Program-made: the position numbers and the translations under genes
IMG/VR virus record: IMGVR_UViG_3300007514_000008
Location: 1-60,258 of that record
Origin: a virus
Taxonomy: Duplodnaviria; Caudoviricetes
Strand: one strand, 5' to 3'
DNA length: 60,258 nt
In this document: positions 30,389-37,450 of the stretch, piece by piece
Position numbering within the stretch: the stretch's first letter is position 1
Layout of the letters: each line of letters starts with the position of its first letter
Notes under the pieces: generated by a model
The model's input: only the letters and a program-made list of their open reading frames with translations
The model's database searches: none
Told to the model about the DNA's origin: nothing

Positions 30389-30980
30389 TAGTCTTCTCCT
30401 TTACTAATCGTTCAAGTTTTGCTTTAGATGCTGCGTAGTTACTTCTTCCAATCTGTCCATTATCAATCATATCTGCAATACTTACATATTTACTTTTATC
30501 ACCTGTTTGTTCTGCAAGTGCAAGTATGTCTTTAATTTCTTCTTTAGTCAAAGGGTCATCTTTAGGTAAGTCCTCACCTGCAAAGATATATAGACCTAAA
30601 CCATGAAGTGCAATAGCCTTAGCTAAACATCTTTGTATCGATGTATTAATGTGAAAGGCATTTGGTTTTTCAATAGGTTGATTTCTATTGTCTAATACAG
30701 GATGTATTTGAGTTCTTTCAATAGGCTCACTTTCTCCTGTGGGTATGGATACAGTTACCTGAACAAAGTATCCAGCATCTGTTTTCATATAAGGTTGTTC
30801 TTTCTCAAGTTCTCCAAACTTATGTACTACCCACGTAGCATCTGGAGAAACTTTTAGTAATTCACGAACTGCCCAAGCCCAGCTAAGATATGTAAAGTTA
30901 CCTTTTTTCTTTGTGTATTCATTTACATTTAAATCATTCAGTTGTTCAAACGTTTTCTGTATTTTCGATTTTGTTGGCAT
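30363..30980 (-). CDS. Sak-type single-strand annealing protein (DUF1071, Rad52-like)
   Basis: KKGNFTYLSWAWA, PVLDNRN, INTSIQRCLAKAIALHGLGLYIFAGEDLP. Confidence 0.9.
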   Translation of the reverse strand: MPTKSKIQKTFEQLNDLNVNEYTKKKGNFTYLSWAWAVRELLKVSPDATWVVHKFGELEKEQPYMKTDAGYFVQVTVSIPTGESEPIERTQIHPVLDNRNQPIEKPNAFHINTSIQRCLAKAIALHGLGLYIFAGEDLPKDDPLTKEEIKDILALAEQTGDKSKYVSIADMIDNGQIGRSNYAASKAKLERLVKEKTNETTAKTK

Positions 30981-31149
30981 TTGTCACCTCCTTTGAGTTT
31001 TCAAAAACTAATTTTACTGTATCTGATGTATTATACATTGTTTGCACAAATACTTTAGTATGTTTTGTTAATCCATTAGCCTTCAGAAAAGATTTAGGTA
31101 ATGTTAATCTTCCCCTTTCATCTATGCTACATTCTGCTATCCACATCAT
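30946..31149 (-). CDS. AbrB/MraZ-like swapped-hairpin DNA-binding protein
   Basis: SIDERGRLTLPKSF motif. Confidence 0.7.
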   Translation of the reverse strand: MMWIAECSIDERGRLTLPKSFLKANGLTKHTKVFVQTMYNTSDTVKLVFENSKEVTNANKIENTENV

Positions 31150-31406
31150 TCTTCTTCCTCCAGTGATATTATTCTTAGGTTATCTCCAAATTCAGGGTCA
31201 GTTGTATCCGTTATTTTAAGTTTGAATTGTTCCATCCATGCTGACACAAGCTTTATTGCCGTCATCTTATCCAATCCCATATCTTCCATAAGATACTGAT
31301 GTGCGACAAACATATTAGTAAATCCACTTTCCCTTAAATCATCAAGATATGGAAAAGCTTCTTCTGCTAATCCATCAAATATTACATCATTTTCTGTTGT
31401 TGCCAT
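31146..31406 (-). CDS. Conserved-looking small phage protein
   Basis: FPYLDDLRESGFTNMF motif; start refined to the ATG at 31406 (SD AGGAG). Confidence 0.6.
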   Translation of the reverse strand: MATTENDVIFDGLAEEAFPYLDDLRESGFTNMFVAHQYLMEDMGLDKMTAIKLVSAWMEQFKLKITDTTDPEFGDNLRIISLEEEE

Positions 31407-31407
31407 G

Positions 31408-31533
31408 TTATCTCCTTCTTTCAAATCTGTTAGCAAACCATAATGCTAAATGAAGAAATACCACTATTAATACAAGTGATGATAAAGTCCATATAGTATT
31501 GATTTGCCATTGTTCTAAACTAAATATAATCAT
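31408..31533 (-). CDS. Small membrane protein (41 aa), absent from the ORF track
   Basis: MIIIFSLEQWQINTIWTLSSLVLIVVFLHLALWFANRFERRR; ATGA overlap with the upstream gene. Confidence 0.55.
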   Translation of the reverse strand: MIIFSLEQWQINTIWTLSSLVLIVVFLHLALWFANRFERRR

Positions 31534-32285
31534 CTCGTTAAGCCCTCACATAAAACTCCTTGATATTCACAATATCTACATTCCCAATTTTCAAAAGGAA
31601 CACCAACATCACCAACTTCAAGGTCTTCAGGTTCATCTGCTTCATCAGAGATTTCTTGTAATTCAGTCCAATATTCAAATGCATCATCAATATAAGAATC
31701 TGGTATATACTCTTTCTTAATAGAACTAGTATCTTTATTATACCATAATAATCCAAGAGTACTATGTTTAACATCAAGTTCTTCCATCATACCCATACCA
31801 TAAGTAGATACTTGCATAGCATATCTTTTATCTAGTTTATTGATAGCACCTCTTCCATATTTCAACCTCCATTTATATGTTCCACAGGTTTTATAATCCC
31901 ATATCTCAAGATTAGAGATTTCATTTTCTTCATCCATATAAGTACATAAATCAAGATGACCAAGAACATTTAAATCTTTTAAAACAACTTTATGTTCTGT
32001 GATAACTTTAAGATTATTAAGCTCATCTAATTCAGCAACTGCTATATAATCTTTTACTGCTTGTTCTATATCATTATGTACTATAGTGCCAAGCCTAAGA
32101 AGTCTCATATTTCTAGGTTTTAATTCTGTCCTTGAGTCCCCTCGTGCTTTATGTAATTGCTTTCTATAACAACTCCCAGCAGATGATGCACTAAACCATC
32201 CTTTGTACTTTTCATACTTTTTACTGTTTAATTCTTGTTCTTTTTGCAGGTAAGTATGATATACCTGTTCAATATCAAAATTCAT
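31530..32285 (-). CDS. Cas4/AddB-like PD-(D/E)xK exonuclease with Fe-S cysteines
   Basis: SASSAGSCYRK, GTIVH, GHLDL, WDYKT, QVSTY, WECRYCEY...C. Confidence 0.88.
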   Translation of the reverse strand: MNFDIEQVYHTYLQKEQELNSKKYEKYKGWFSASSAGSCYRKQLHKARGDSRTELKPRNMRLLRLGTIVHNDIEQAVKDYIAVAELDELNNLKVITEHKVVLKDLNVLGHLDLCTYMDEENEISNLEIWDYKTCGTYKWRLKYGRGAINKLDKRYAMQVSTYGMGMMEELDVKHSTLGLLWYNKDTSSIKKEYIPDSYIDDAFEYWTELQEISDEADEPEDLEVGDVGVPFENWECRYCEYQGVLCEGLTR

Positions 32286-32309
32286 AAAATCTCCTTCAAC
32301 ACACCTCTA

Positions 32310-32338
32310 AAGTTAATAATATCAAGGGTTAAAGACAA
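32310..32338 (-). promoter_or_regulatory. Sigma70-like promoter for the recombination/replication genes
   Basis: - strand TTGTCT (32338-33), 17-bp spacer, TAACTT (32315-10), then SD AAGGAG and ATG. Confidence 0.55.
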
Positions 32339-32366
32339 GGGGAAAGTTGCCCATCCCCCTATCTTT
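32331..32366 (-). terminator. Terminator-like hairpin overlapping the -35 box
   Basis: AAAGAUAGGGGGA / UCCCCUUGUCUUU, 13 bp with two G-U pairs on the - strand. Confidence 0.6.
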
Positions 32367-32374
32367 GCGTACTC

Positions 32375-32590
32375 TCAAGGTATTAATCTATATTCGGCAT
32401 ATCTTTTTTTACCTTTACGGTTTTTATTGATAATTTTGTAACCTTCATCTCGTAAATCATGAATAATCGCAGCTAATCGCATACTTCTAATATTAGGATT
32501 GTTCATAGCATCAGCTGGGGTTAATGGTAGTCCACTTTTAAGATACCTTAATACTGCATCTTTTTGACTTTCTGTTCTTTTCTTTAGCAT
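32375..32590 (-). CDS. Helix-turn-helix protein
   Basis: SQKDAVLRYLKSG..LTPADA...RLAAIIHDLRDEGYKI...YAEYRL pattern. Confidence 0.8.
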   Translation of the reverse strand: MLKKRTESQKDAVLRYLKSGLPLTPADAMNNPNIRSMRLAAIIHDLRDEGYKIINKNRKGKKRYAEYRLIP

Positions 32591-33171
32591 ACCTGAAATC
32601 CTCCTGACTCTTCAATAAATTTTCTAAATTGAACTGCGACTTCAGCTTTGAATGGATAATTTGCCATAAAACTTTTTGTTGTACCCTTTCCTCTACATCC
32701 ATTACAAGTATAGTTAGGGTCTTCCTTTCTTGCTTCTCTTCCAAGTTTATCATTTCTCAATCCAGTTCCATCACAACAATGACAAGTTTCTTCAGGTAAT
32801 TGATTCATCCATTTTGTATGATTCTTTTCATATTCTTCATGATATTTATTTTTTTCAGCTTTTTTTAATTTTCTCACCATCTTCACAGCAGTAGTTTTAG
32901 GAACTGTATTCCCAGAATTGTCAGCACCTGCATCCATATGTTTAACTGTCATAACATCTTGACATACTTCACAAGTATATGCCCATAATGTTCTCCACCA
33001 CCATACGTTACTTCTCCAGTAATTACCCGGAACAGCTTTTTCATAAGCATCTAATTCAATCCAATATGCTTCCTTTGCTTCTTCAGATAAATCAGAGAAC
33101 CCTTCTGGGAAAATAGGTCTTTCTACATTAAGTTTGTTTATTGGGTTTAATCCATATACATCGAATCCCAT
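32584..33171 (-). CDS. Hypothetical protein with DnaJ-type Zn finger
   Basis: Two CxxCxGxG repeats (CHCCDGTG, CNGCRGKG). Confidence 0.7.
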   Translation of the reverse strand: MGFDVYGLNPINKLNVERPIFPEGFSDLSEEAKEAYWIELDAYEKAVPGNYWRSNVWWWRTLWAYTCEVCQDVMTVKHMDAGADNSGNTVPKTTAVKMVRKLKKAEKNKYHEEYEKNHTKWMNQLPEETCHCCDGTGLRNDKLGREARKEDPNYTCNGCRGKGTTKSFMANYPFKAEVAVQFRKFIEESGGFQVC

Positions 33172-33192
33172 GTTTAACTCCTTTATGTTAAA

Positions 33193-33237
33193 GGTAACGA
33201 CCCTACTAACTCAACAATCGAGGATTCAGGTCGCACC
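33193..33237 (-). other. Small stem-closed intergenic element
   Basis: GGT-aa-CGACC pairs with GGTCG-c-ACC. Confidence 0.35.
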
Positions 33238-33245
33238 AGCTTCAA

Positions 33246-33911
33246 TTAACTACCTACAGAAAACTCAGTAATAATTTGCTTTCTTTCATTAACACACTTA
33301 ACCAGTGTATCAACAGGAATGAAATTGGCTATTGCCGCTTTCACTCTAAAGCAATTTTCCACATTTAATAGGTAATAAGCTACTTTTCTCGCATGAGAAC
33401 TAGTCACTTTACCAGTATATGTTCTGTAGATTCCAATACACATTTGATACGTATTAGCAGAATGACCGTTATCCAGTATTCTCTTAAACATACCAGTAGC
33501 ATATTTCTTACCCAACCACTTCTCAAGGCATTTAATCCTATTGAGATGTGTTTTAGGTATTTCAGCACCTTTCATGTATCTCCATAAATATTGATGACCA
33601 TTTAATAACATGGTATCTTTATTCGATGAGATAAATAAGGCATCATACAGTTCCTCAGACGTACTATTGTGCTGAACAATAGATACTTTTACATCACTGT
33701 ATTTAATACCATCCGATTTCGCTATCTGTTGCAAAGCAGACTTTCGCCTATGACCATCAATAATAGTCATTTTATCAGCAACTACGATAGGTTGCAGTAA
33801 TCCATTCTTCCTTATATTTGTAGCTAAGGAACTAATCCCTTTATCCGTCCGTTGTGGGGGATTATATGGAGAACTGACTAATTCACTTAAAGCGCAGATT
33901 CTGTACTTCAT
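33246..33911 (-). CDS. ParB/Srx N-terminal domain protein
   Basis: SPYNP, LATNIRKNGLLQPIVV, IIDGHRR. Confidence 0.85.
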   Translation of the reverse strand: MKYRICALSELVSSPYNPPQRTDKGISSLATNIRKNGLLQPIVVADKMTIIDGHRRKSALQQIAKSDGIKYSDVKVSIVQHNSTSEELYDALFISSNKDTMLLNGHQYLWRYMKGAEIPKTHLNRIKCLEKWLGKKYATGMFKRILDNGHSANTYQMCIGIYRTYTGKVTSSHARKVAYYLLNVENCFRVKAAIANFIPVDTLVKCVNERKQIITEFSVGS

Positions 33912-33996
33912 AATGAACTCTCCTTCTGTTTATGGTTATGAAAATCTTTATGAGTAATATAAGATATATCTGATGATACTAATATATGATACTAAA

Positions 33997-34059
33997 GAGA
34001 GGATAAAAGGCTGAGTTTTATATGCAAGACCACAGGTACCATTGTCTGCTAAACCTCTC
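33997..34059 (-). ncRNA. Structured unit A (three-way junction, 63 nt)
   Basis: + strand: GAGAGG/CCTCTC closing stem, ATAAAA/TTTTAT hairpin, GC(A)AGAC/GTCTGC hairpin. Strand taken from flanking genes. Confidence 0.55.
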
Positions 34060-34064
34060 AAATA

Positions 34065-34152
34065 TGAACTATGTGTACACGAAAGGATATTTCAGCCCTT
34101 CCACCACTGCCTACCACTACTATGCTTAATGCATCCCCCTCTACATAGTTCA
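34065..34152 (-). ncRNA. Structured unit B (88 nt)
   Basis: Perfect 10-bp closing stem TGAACTATGT/ACATAGTTCA; internal AAGG/CCTT and ATGC/GCAT hairpins. Confidence 0.6.
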
Positions 34153-34156
34153 AAAA

Positions 34157-34231
34157 CGGGGTATACTGGTCCGTTGTTTGGAATCATCCAGTTTCTTGGT
34201 TGCCTATAGGACTAACACCTCGAATACCCCG
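34157..34231 (-). ncRNA. Structured unit C (three-way junction, 75 nt)
   Basis: 8-bp closing stem CGGGGTAT/ATACCCCG, adjacent ACTGG/CCAGT stem and a second hairpin around CCTATAGG. Confidence 0.6.
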
Positions 34232-34239
34232 AAATTTTA

Positions 34240-34384
34240 TGCGGGTGCAATCTCAGTTTTGCCAACCGCCACTTGCCAACCTTTGTGTTCTATTTCCATA
34301 TCGCACACCAATTCATCCAGCTTGGTTATGTATTCGCCTTACTGGTTTAATTGTCTTTAAGTTGTTTAGTTTATCACACCCGCA
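34240..34384 (-). ncRNA. Structured unit D (145 nt)
   Basis: 8-bp closing stem TGCGGGTG/CACCCGCA; internal TTGCCAACC twice and an ACCAA/TTGGT hairpin. Confidence 0.55.
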
Positions 34385-34417
34385 CACAGGAGATGATATA
34401 TGAATACCATCAATCCT

Positions 34418-34750
34418 TTAGTCAAATCCATATTCTTGTTGAATTTTTGATAAATGGTCGCCTTCTACAAGTTGGTCATAATTATATCCGTACATGACCT
34501 TTAATCTGTCGTATGCATCAGTATATTCATCGTGGTATCTCTCATCACCATTTGGCAGACCATCAAATTCTTCTATAATGTATTCATGAGCAAATATATT
34601 CCTAAGAACAGAAGTAAATTCTGTTGCACTAGGTTTGGCTTGTTGAGAGTTAAAATCAAACCAATTTTTTAATGTACGAGAAATATGTATCTCTCTTCCA
34701 TTCTTATTGACTTGATATTCAAATTGGTTAATTGGTTGATGTTTATCCAT
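34418..34750 (-). CDS. Hypothetical early protein
   Basis: SD AGGAG; 110 aa. Confidence 0.65.
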   Translation of the reverse strand: MDKHQPINQFEYQVNKNGREIHISRTLKNWFDFNSQQAKPSATEFTSVLRNIFAHEYIIEEFDGLPNGDERYHDEYTDAYDRLKVMYGYNYDQLVEGDHLSKIQQEYGFD

Positions 34751-34788
34751 AATATCTCCTGTATTTTATGATATGTGGTTTGGTTTAG

Positions 34789-35220
34789 TCAAGCAGTTAC
34801 TTCATGATACCCCCAGATACCTTTCCATTTAATTAACTTAGGCAATTTAACATAGCCGTCCATATTGGGTTTATCTTTGTATGACTCAAGCATATATTTT
34901 GATAAAATAATGCCTGCTTGTACTGGTGCTTTATTCACACCATGAGTCAAGGTAATGTGTAAAGGAATATCAGTATTACCATGTTGATACCTTAATGTTT
35001 GTTTCTTCAAGCCCTCTCCAAAGTAAGTATAACAAGAGAGTGCGTTCATATCTTCTGCACAACACATTCCATAGATATATACATCAGCAGGTTGCCCATC
35101 TTTAATACCAATGGGAAACTTTGATTTTTCCAAACTATAATCATATGTAACATGAAGTGGGGAAGTTTTAGCACTATCTGGGAAAAATATTCCTGTGTAA
35201 ATGACTTTATTTGCCATCAC
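34789..35220 (-). CDS. 2H phosphoesterase superfamily protein
   Basis: Two HxT motifs (PLHVTY, PLHITL) ~65 aa apart, followed by APVQAG, as in cyclic-phosphodiesterase domains; SD AGGAGG. Confidence 0.65.
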   Translation of the reverse strand: MMANKVIYTGIFFPDSAKTSPLHVTYDYSLEKSKFPIGIKDGQPADVYIYGMCCAEDMNALSCYTYFGEGLKKQTLRYQHGNTDIPLHITLTHGVNKAPVQAGIILSKYMLESYKDKPNMDGYVKLPKLIKWKGIWGYHEVTA

Positions 35221-35404
35221 GCACCTCCTTTGTCTTCTTTGATGACTTTTTAGGTAATGCTTTTAGTGTAAGAAACACTGGTTGAGGAGCAGTATATTTT
35301 TTCTTCTTTCCATCTTTCCATATCCATCCACGTTTACGAGACTTACTAATCTGTCTTGATGTAACGCCTTGTTCTCTTCCGAGTTCTTTATTTGTTTTGT
35401 TCAC
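35207..35404 (-). CDS. Small basic hypothetical protein
   Basis: K/R-rich 65 aa; GTG start with SD GGAGG. Confidence 0.55.
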   Translation of the reverse strand: MNKTNKELGREQGVTSRQISKSRKRGWIWKDGKKKKYTAPQPVFLTLKALPKKSSKKTKEVRDGK

Positions 35405-35579
35405 GTTTCCTCCAGTGGTTATAACACAATGTTGGTGGATAATCTTTCTGTATTGTTAATCTCGTCTTTATAAATTTTCCACATAAATCTCCATCTTTAT
35501 TAACAACCTGTCTACATTTATGAGATTTACTCACATCTGTGTAAGGATGCTCTCTTTTAAGTTTTTTAGTATTCGACAT
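35388..35579 (-). CDS. Small Cys-containing hypothetical protein
   Basis: SD AGGAG; C...C...C..H spacing. Confidence 0.55.
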   Translation of the reverse strand: MSNTKKLKREHPYTDVSKSHKCRQVVNKDGDLCGKFIKTRLTIQKDYPPTLCYNHWRKREQNK

Positions 35580-35606
35580 TATTGTCTCCTGTTTGTTTTA
35601 AAATTA

Positions 35607-36072
35607 GAGAGTTGCTCTGTCCCGCCTTTGGTTAGATTACTCTACTACAGAGCTTCATATCAATCAAGGATAGCCCAGTTAAGACATAACCTTGAGTACA
35701 TCTGGAATACAAAAGACATAGGTAATTAATCCACATCTTAGGCATCCCGTTTGCCGATGCCTGCAAGACACGATAATCTTACAGTAACCTCCCGTCTCTA
35801 ATTCACAATGTTCGCACACTGCTAGGTCTTTTTTTAGGATAGACCAAATTCTCCACCTTTCTCTGGTTACAGAGCTTGAATACCCATATATCTGATACTA
35901 TGTACCAGACCTGTCCTTTAGGGACTGCAAATTTGATATTCTATCCTACCACAGGATGAAAGTGTTTGCTTAATAGCCGAGAAGACCTAAGCGAGAATAC
36001 CCTAACTGTTCGTTATCTTTGTTTAACGGTTAGCTTGATAATCTGATAGTTACTTCAATCAAAGCAACTCTC
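35607..36072 (-). ncRNA. Large structured non-coding RNA candidate (~466 nt)
   Basis: Perfect 10-bp terminal stem 35607-16/36063-72 enclosing nested stems 35823-30/35982-89, 35835-43/35940-48, 35845-50/35930-35 and 35862-67/35904-09, plus hairpins 35664-95, 35740-62 and 36002-33. No credible ORF. Strand taken from context; G-U evidence is mixed. Confidence 0.75.
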
Positions 36073-36086
36073 AAGTTTGAAAATTT

Positions 36087-36159
36087 TGGGGAATGGATGA
36101 CATACCGGGCTAATTACCGTCATCATGCAATAGTAATACACCGAATTGCTCATTCCCCA
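36087..36159 (-). ncRNA. 73-nt three-way junction with complementary loops
   Basis: TGGGGAATG/CATTCCCCA (9 bp), GATGAC/GTCATC, GCAAT/ATTGC; loop segments ATTAC and GTAAT are complementary. Confidence 0.65.
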
Positions 36160-36168
36160 TTGTATCCA

Positions 36169-36270
36169 TTAATGGAACGGTGCCCCATCTAAAATGAACA
36201 TAATAACCATCAAGAAATACATAAGCACAACCAATATGATTGCGCCTAGTACTTCTTTCACCTTATCCAT
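36169..36270 (-). CDS. Small membrane protein (33 aa), absent from the ORF track
   Basis: MDKVKEVLGAIILVVLMYFLMVIMFILDGAPFH, overlapping the upstream stop. Confidence 0.5.
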   Translation of the reverse strand: MDKVKEVLGAIILVVLMYFLMVIMFILDGAPFH

Positions 36271-36490
36271 GAATCGTCACCCAATCACTTAACCAATCTC
36301 TGCACTTGCGGAGTCCAGATGGTCCAACGCCTTTATAACGCTTCAGGTCCAATGGATTAGTATTAGCGATTGCCCACCAACAAGCATTTATATCGCTGTG
36401 GTTCAATTCAATTTGATGATGTCTCTCAACCGCTTTAATGATAGCTGGAGAAACATATCGAGTGATGGTATCTTTCACGGGTTTATACAT
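36263..36490 (-). CDS. Hypothetical early protein with HhH-like motif
   Basis: DLKRYKGVGPSG; SD AGGAGG. Confidence 0.65.
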   Translation of the reverse strand: MYKPVKDTITRYVSPAIIKAVERHHQIELNHSDINACWWAIANTNPLDLKRYKGVGPSGLRKCRDWLSDWVTIHG

Positions 36491-36512
36491 GAAGACCTCC
36501 TGTTTATGGTTT

Positions 36513-36662
36513 TAGGGAACAGAGGGGATGGAACAGCCTAATCCACTCTTACCAGAACTAAATCTTCATCCACTTAATCAATATGTGGAGAGGTGTGATT
36601 AGCACTAATAGACTGAACTCATATGCCTCTGTATGTTATTGCCCATGTTATTGGGTTTCCTA
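36513..36662. ncRNA. Structured intergenic element (~150 nt)
   Basis: TAGGGAAC/GTTTCCTA, ACAGAGG/CCTCTGT, TCCAC/GTGGA and GCCCA/TGGGT stems. Confidence 0.45.
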
Positions 36663-36736
36663 TATATATATATGAGATAGTATGTACACATATATCCCAT
36701 TAATAATAAGGAATAAAAGATAAAAAGAATAAAAGC

Positions 36737-36759
36737 GGTGACAGTAGGACACTGCCACC
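36737..36759 (-). terminator. Intrinsic terminator after the first early gene
   Basis: - strand GGUGGCAGU-GUCCU-ACUGUCACC followed by GCUUUUAUUCUUUUU. Confidence 0.7.
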
Positions 36760-36765
36760 TAACTT

Positions 36766-37074
36766 CTACTTAACCTTAGCCTGCAATAGCTTTATCTCTT
36801 CCTGTAACTCAAGGATAGTAGGCTCATTGGAAGGTTTATCATCTTTCTTTATTTCATCTGTACCAGAGACAAGCATTTCTTTCATGATTTCAGTAAGCAT
36901 AGCTTTCATCTTGGATTTCTGGTCATCAGACGTATCAAGGTCACTTTGCAGTGCTTGAATAAAGTTTGATGTTTGTTGAGGGGATGCACCAAATCTACGT
37001 GTTTTACGCTCCCACGCTGCCATGTGTGCTTGGATAGTTAGAGCTTTCATGAGTTTATCTGTGTTTACACTCAT
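36766..37074 (-). CDS. First gene of the leftward early block, hypothetical
   Basis: SD AAGGAGG; 102 aa. Confidence 0.7.
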   Translation of the reverse strand: MSVNTDKLMKALTIQAHMAAWERKTRRFGASPQQTSNFIQALQSDLDTSDDQKSKMKAMLTEIMKEMLVSGTDEIKKDDKPSNEPTILELQEEIKLLQAKVK

Positions 37075-37204
37075 AGTTGTTATACCTCCTTTACAAGGTG
37101 TTTAGTATTGATTGACTTCTAACTTGATAAGTTATTATCAGAAACCTCATAAAGACCGGGGCGTGTGTATATATGGTTGTCTATCAAAATGCTATAAATT
37201 TTTG

Positions 37205-37233
37205 TTGTAAATAACCTGGGCAACCTCTACATT
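37205..37233 (+). promoter_or_regulatory. Sigma70-like promoter for the packaging/structural block
   Basis: TTGTAA, 17-bp spacer, TACATT, then SD AAGGAG before 37256. Confidence 0.55.
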
Positions 37234-37255
37234 CTTTTAAATAAAGGAGTTAATT

Positions 37256-37450
37256 ATGACTATTACATCAAAAGATTTATCTGGTCCAGAAGCTCATACA
37301 GGAGTGGCTAGAGATGAACACGATAAAAAGTTAAAAGAACTACAGGAACTTCAGGCAAAGATAGATAAATTAAAGCCTAAGTTTGAAGGTCCACATGACC
37401 CGGGTGACGAGGATGACTCTAAAAAGAAAAGTAAGCAAAAGAAAAAGTAA
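37256..37450 (+). CDS. Hypothetical protein
   Basis: SD AAGGAG; charged 64 aa. Confidence 0.6.
   Translation: MTITSKDLSGPEAHTGVARDEHDKKLKELQELQAKIDKLKPKFEGPHDPGDEDDSKKKSKQKKK

Noticed and set aside
34157-34231. Hammerhead ribozyme on the - strand (GAAAC...GUA next to a closing stem)
   Set aside because: The required CUGANGA core is absent (reads UUCGAGGU) and stem II does not abut GAAA properly.
33997-34384. CRISPR array
   Set aside because: The units are closed by different inverted repeats with no recurring direct repeat. The Cas4-like gene sits in a recombination module without other cas genes.
34178-34403. + strand ORFs 34178-34360, 34200-34403 and 35520-35729
   Set aside because: Opposite to the local gene direction, no SD, atypical composition; they overlie the structured elements.
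33997-36159. tRNA, tmRNA or RNase P genes among the structured units
   Set aside because: No four-arm cloverleaf with a GTTCRA T-loop, no tmRNA acceptor/T-arm ends, and no GAGGAAAGUCC RNase P signature on either strand.
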